DNA of 64,000 nucleotides from an uncultured Eubacteriales bacterium (GTDB lineage Bacteria; Actinomycetota; Coriobacteriia; Anaerosomatales; JAAXUF01): NCBI GenBank assembly GCA_964541225.1, contig CAZIPN010000010.1, positions 15 to 64,014 of the forward strand, read 5' to 3'. Shown piece by piece: positions 63,888 to 64,000 of this stretch (position 1 is its first letter; each line of letters starts with the position of its first letter). The notes under the pieces were generated by a model. It saw only the letters and a program-made list of their open reading frames with translations, ran no database searches and was not told where the DNA came from. The position numbers and the translations under genes were made by a program.

Positions 63888-64000
63888 AAGCGCCCTCGCA
63901 GCTCGTGGATACGCTTCGAGGCCGCACTCCCCAACGAGCGCTGGCAGTCCGACAGGCCCAGATCGACGCGTTCGTGAAGCGCTACAACGAGGTGCGGCCC
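63888..64000 (+). pseudogene. Second transposase remnant with internal deletion (runs off the window)
   Basis: RFEAALPNERWQSD (start of an rve core) is followed within a few nt, in another frame, by QAQIDAFVKRYNEVRP (the usual C-terminal YN..RPH tail). The catalytic core is missing. Confidence 0.5.

Overview
No searches were run. All family calls come from motifs read in the supplied translations, and all coordinates were checked against the printed sequence.

The window is a clearly GC-rich bacterial chromosomal segment. The lipobox and signal peptides, the TipA-like MerR regulator, the RipA-like NlpC/P60 protein and the 4-nt ATGA/GTGA gene overlaps suggest Actinomycetota with an anaerobic flavour. 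That placement is inference only.

I call 53 apparently intact protein genes and 3 pseudogenes or IS remnants. I found no rRNA, tRNA or CRISPR array.

**0-47 kb (mostly core-like)**
- A 1677-aa sensor phosphatase with 7 GAF and 2 PAS modules, transcribed divergently from a release-factor-like protein.
- DedA, a nitroreductase, a YfcH-like epimerase and a DEAD-box helicase.
- An ArsS-like radical SAM gene coupled to an AlkD-like gene.
- A TetR plus MacB-type ABC exporter operon.
- TipA-like MerR, a CDGSH protein, and an rrf2-CHAD-ppx-ppk1 polyphosphate cluster.
- typA, arcA, hsp20 and several envelope enzymes.

**47-64 kb (looks accessory)**
- Lower GC by eye, and the only canonical intrinsic terminators in the window.
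- cspA and a PAS-GGDEF protein.
- A self-contained B12-binding radical SAM gene, followed by a lipoprotein and membrane-protein pair.
- A collapsed FIST-GGDEF pseudogene, then NlpC/P60 and a large multi-domain deacetylase.
- A three-gene split 'activase-related' module (BcrAD/BadFG ATPase plus two Cys-rich DUF2229-like proteins) and an ABC-2 exporter.
- Two decayed transposase genes bracketing an orphan two-gene cassette.

**Most worth follow-up**
- The split ATPase/DUF2229 module.
- The aeRF1-like protein whose GGQ loop reads GGE.
- The IS-flanked candidate toxin/immunity cassette.
- The B12-radical-SAM unit.
- A structured leader upstream of the C-S lyase gene.
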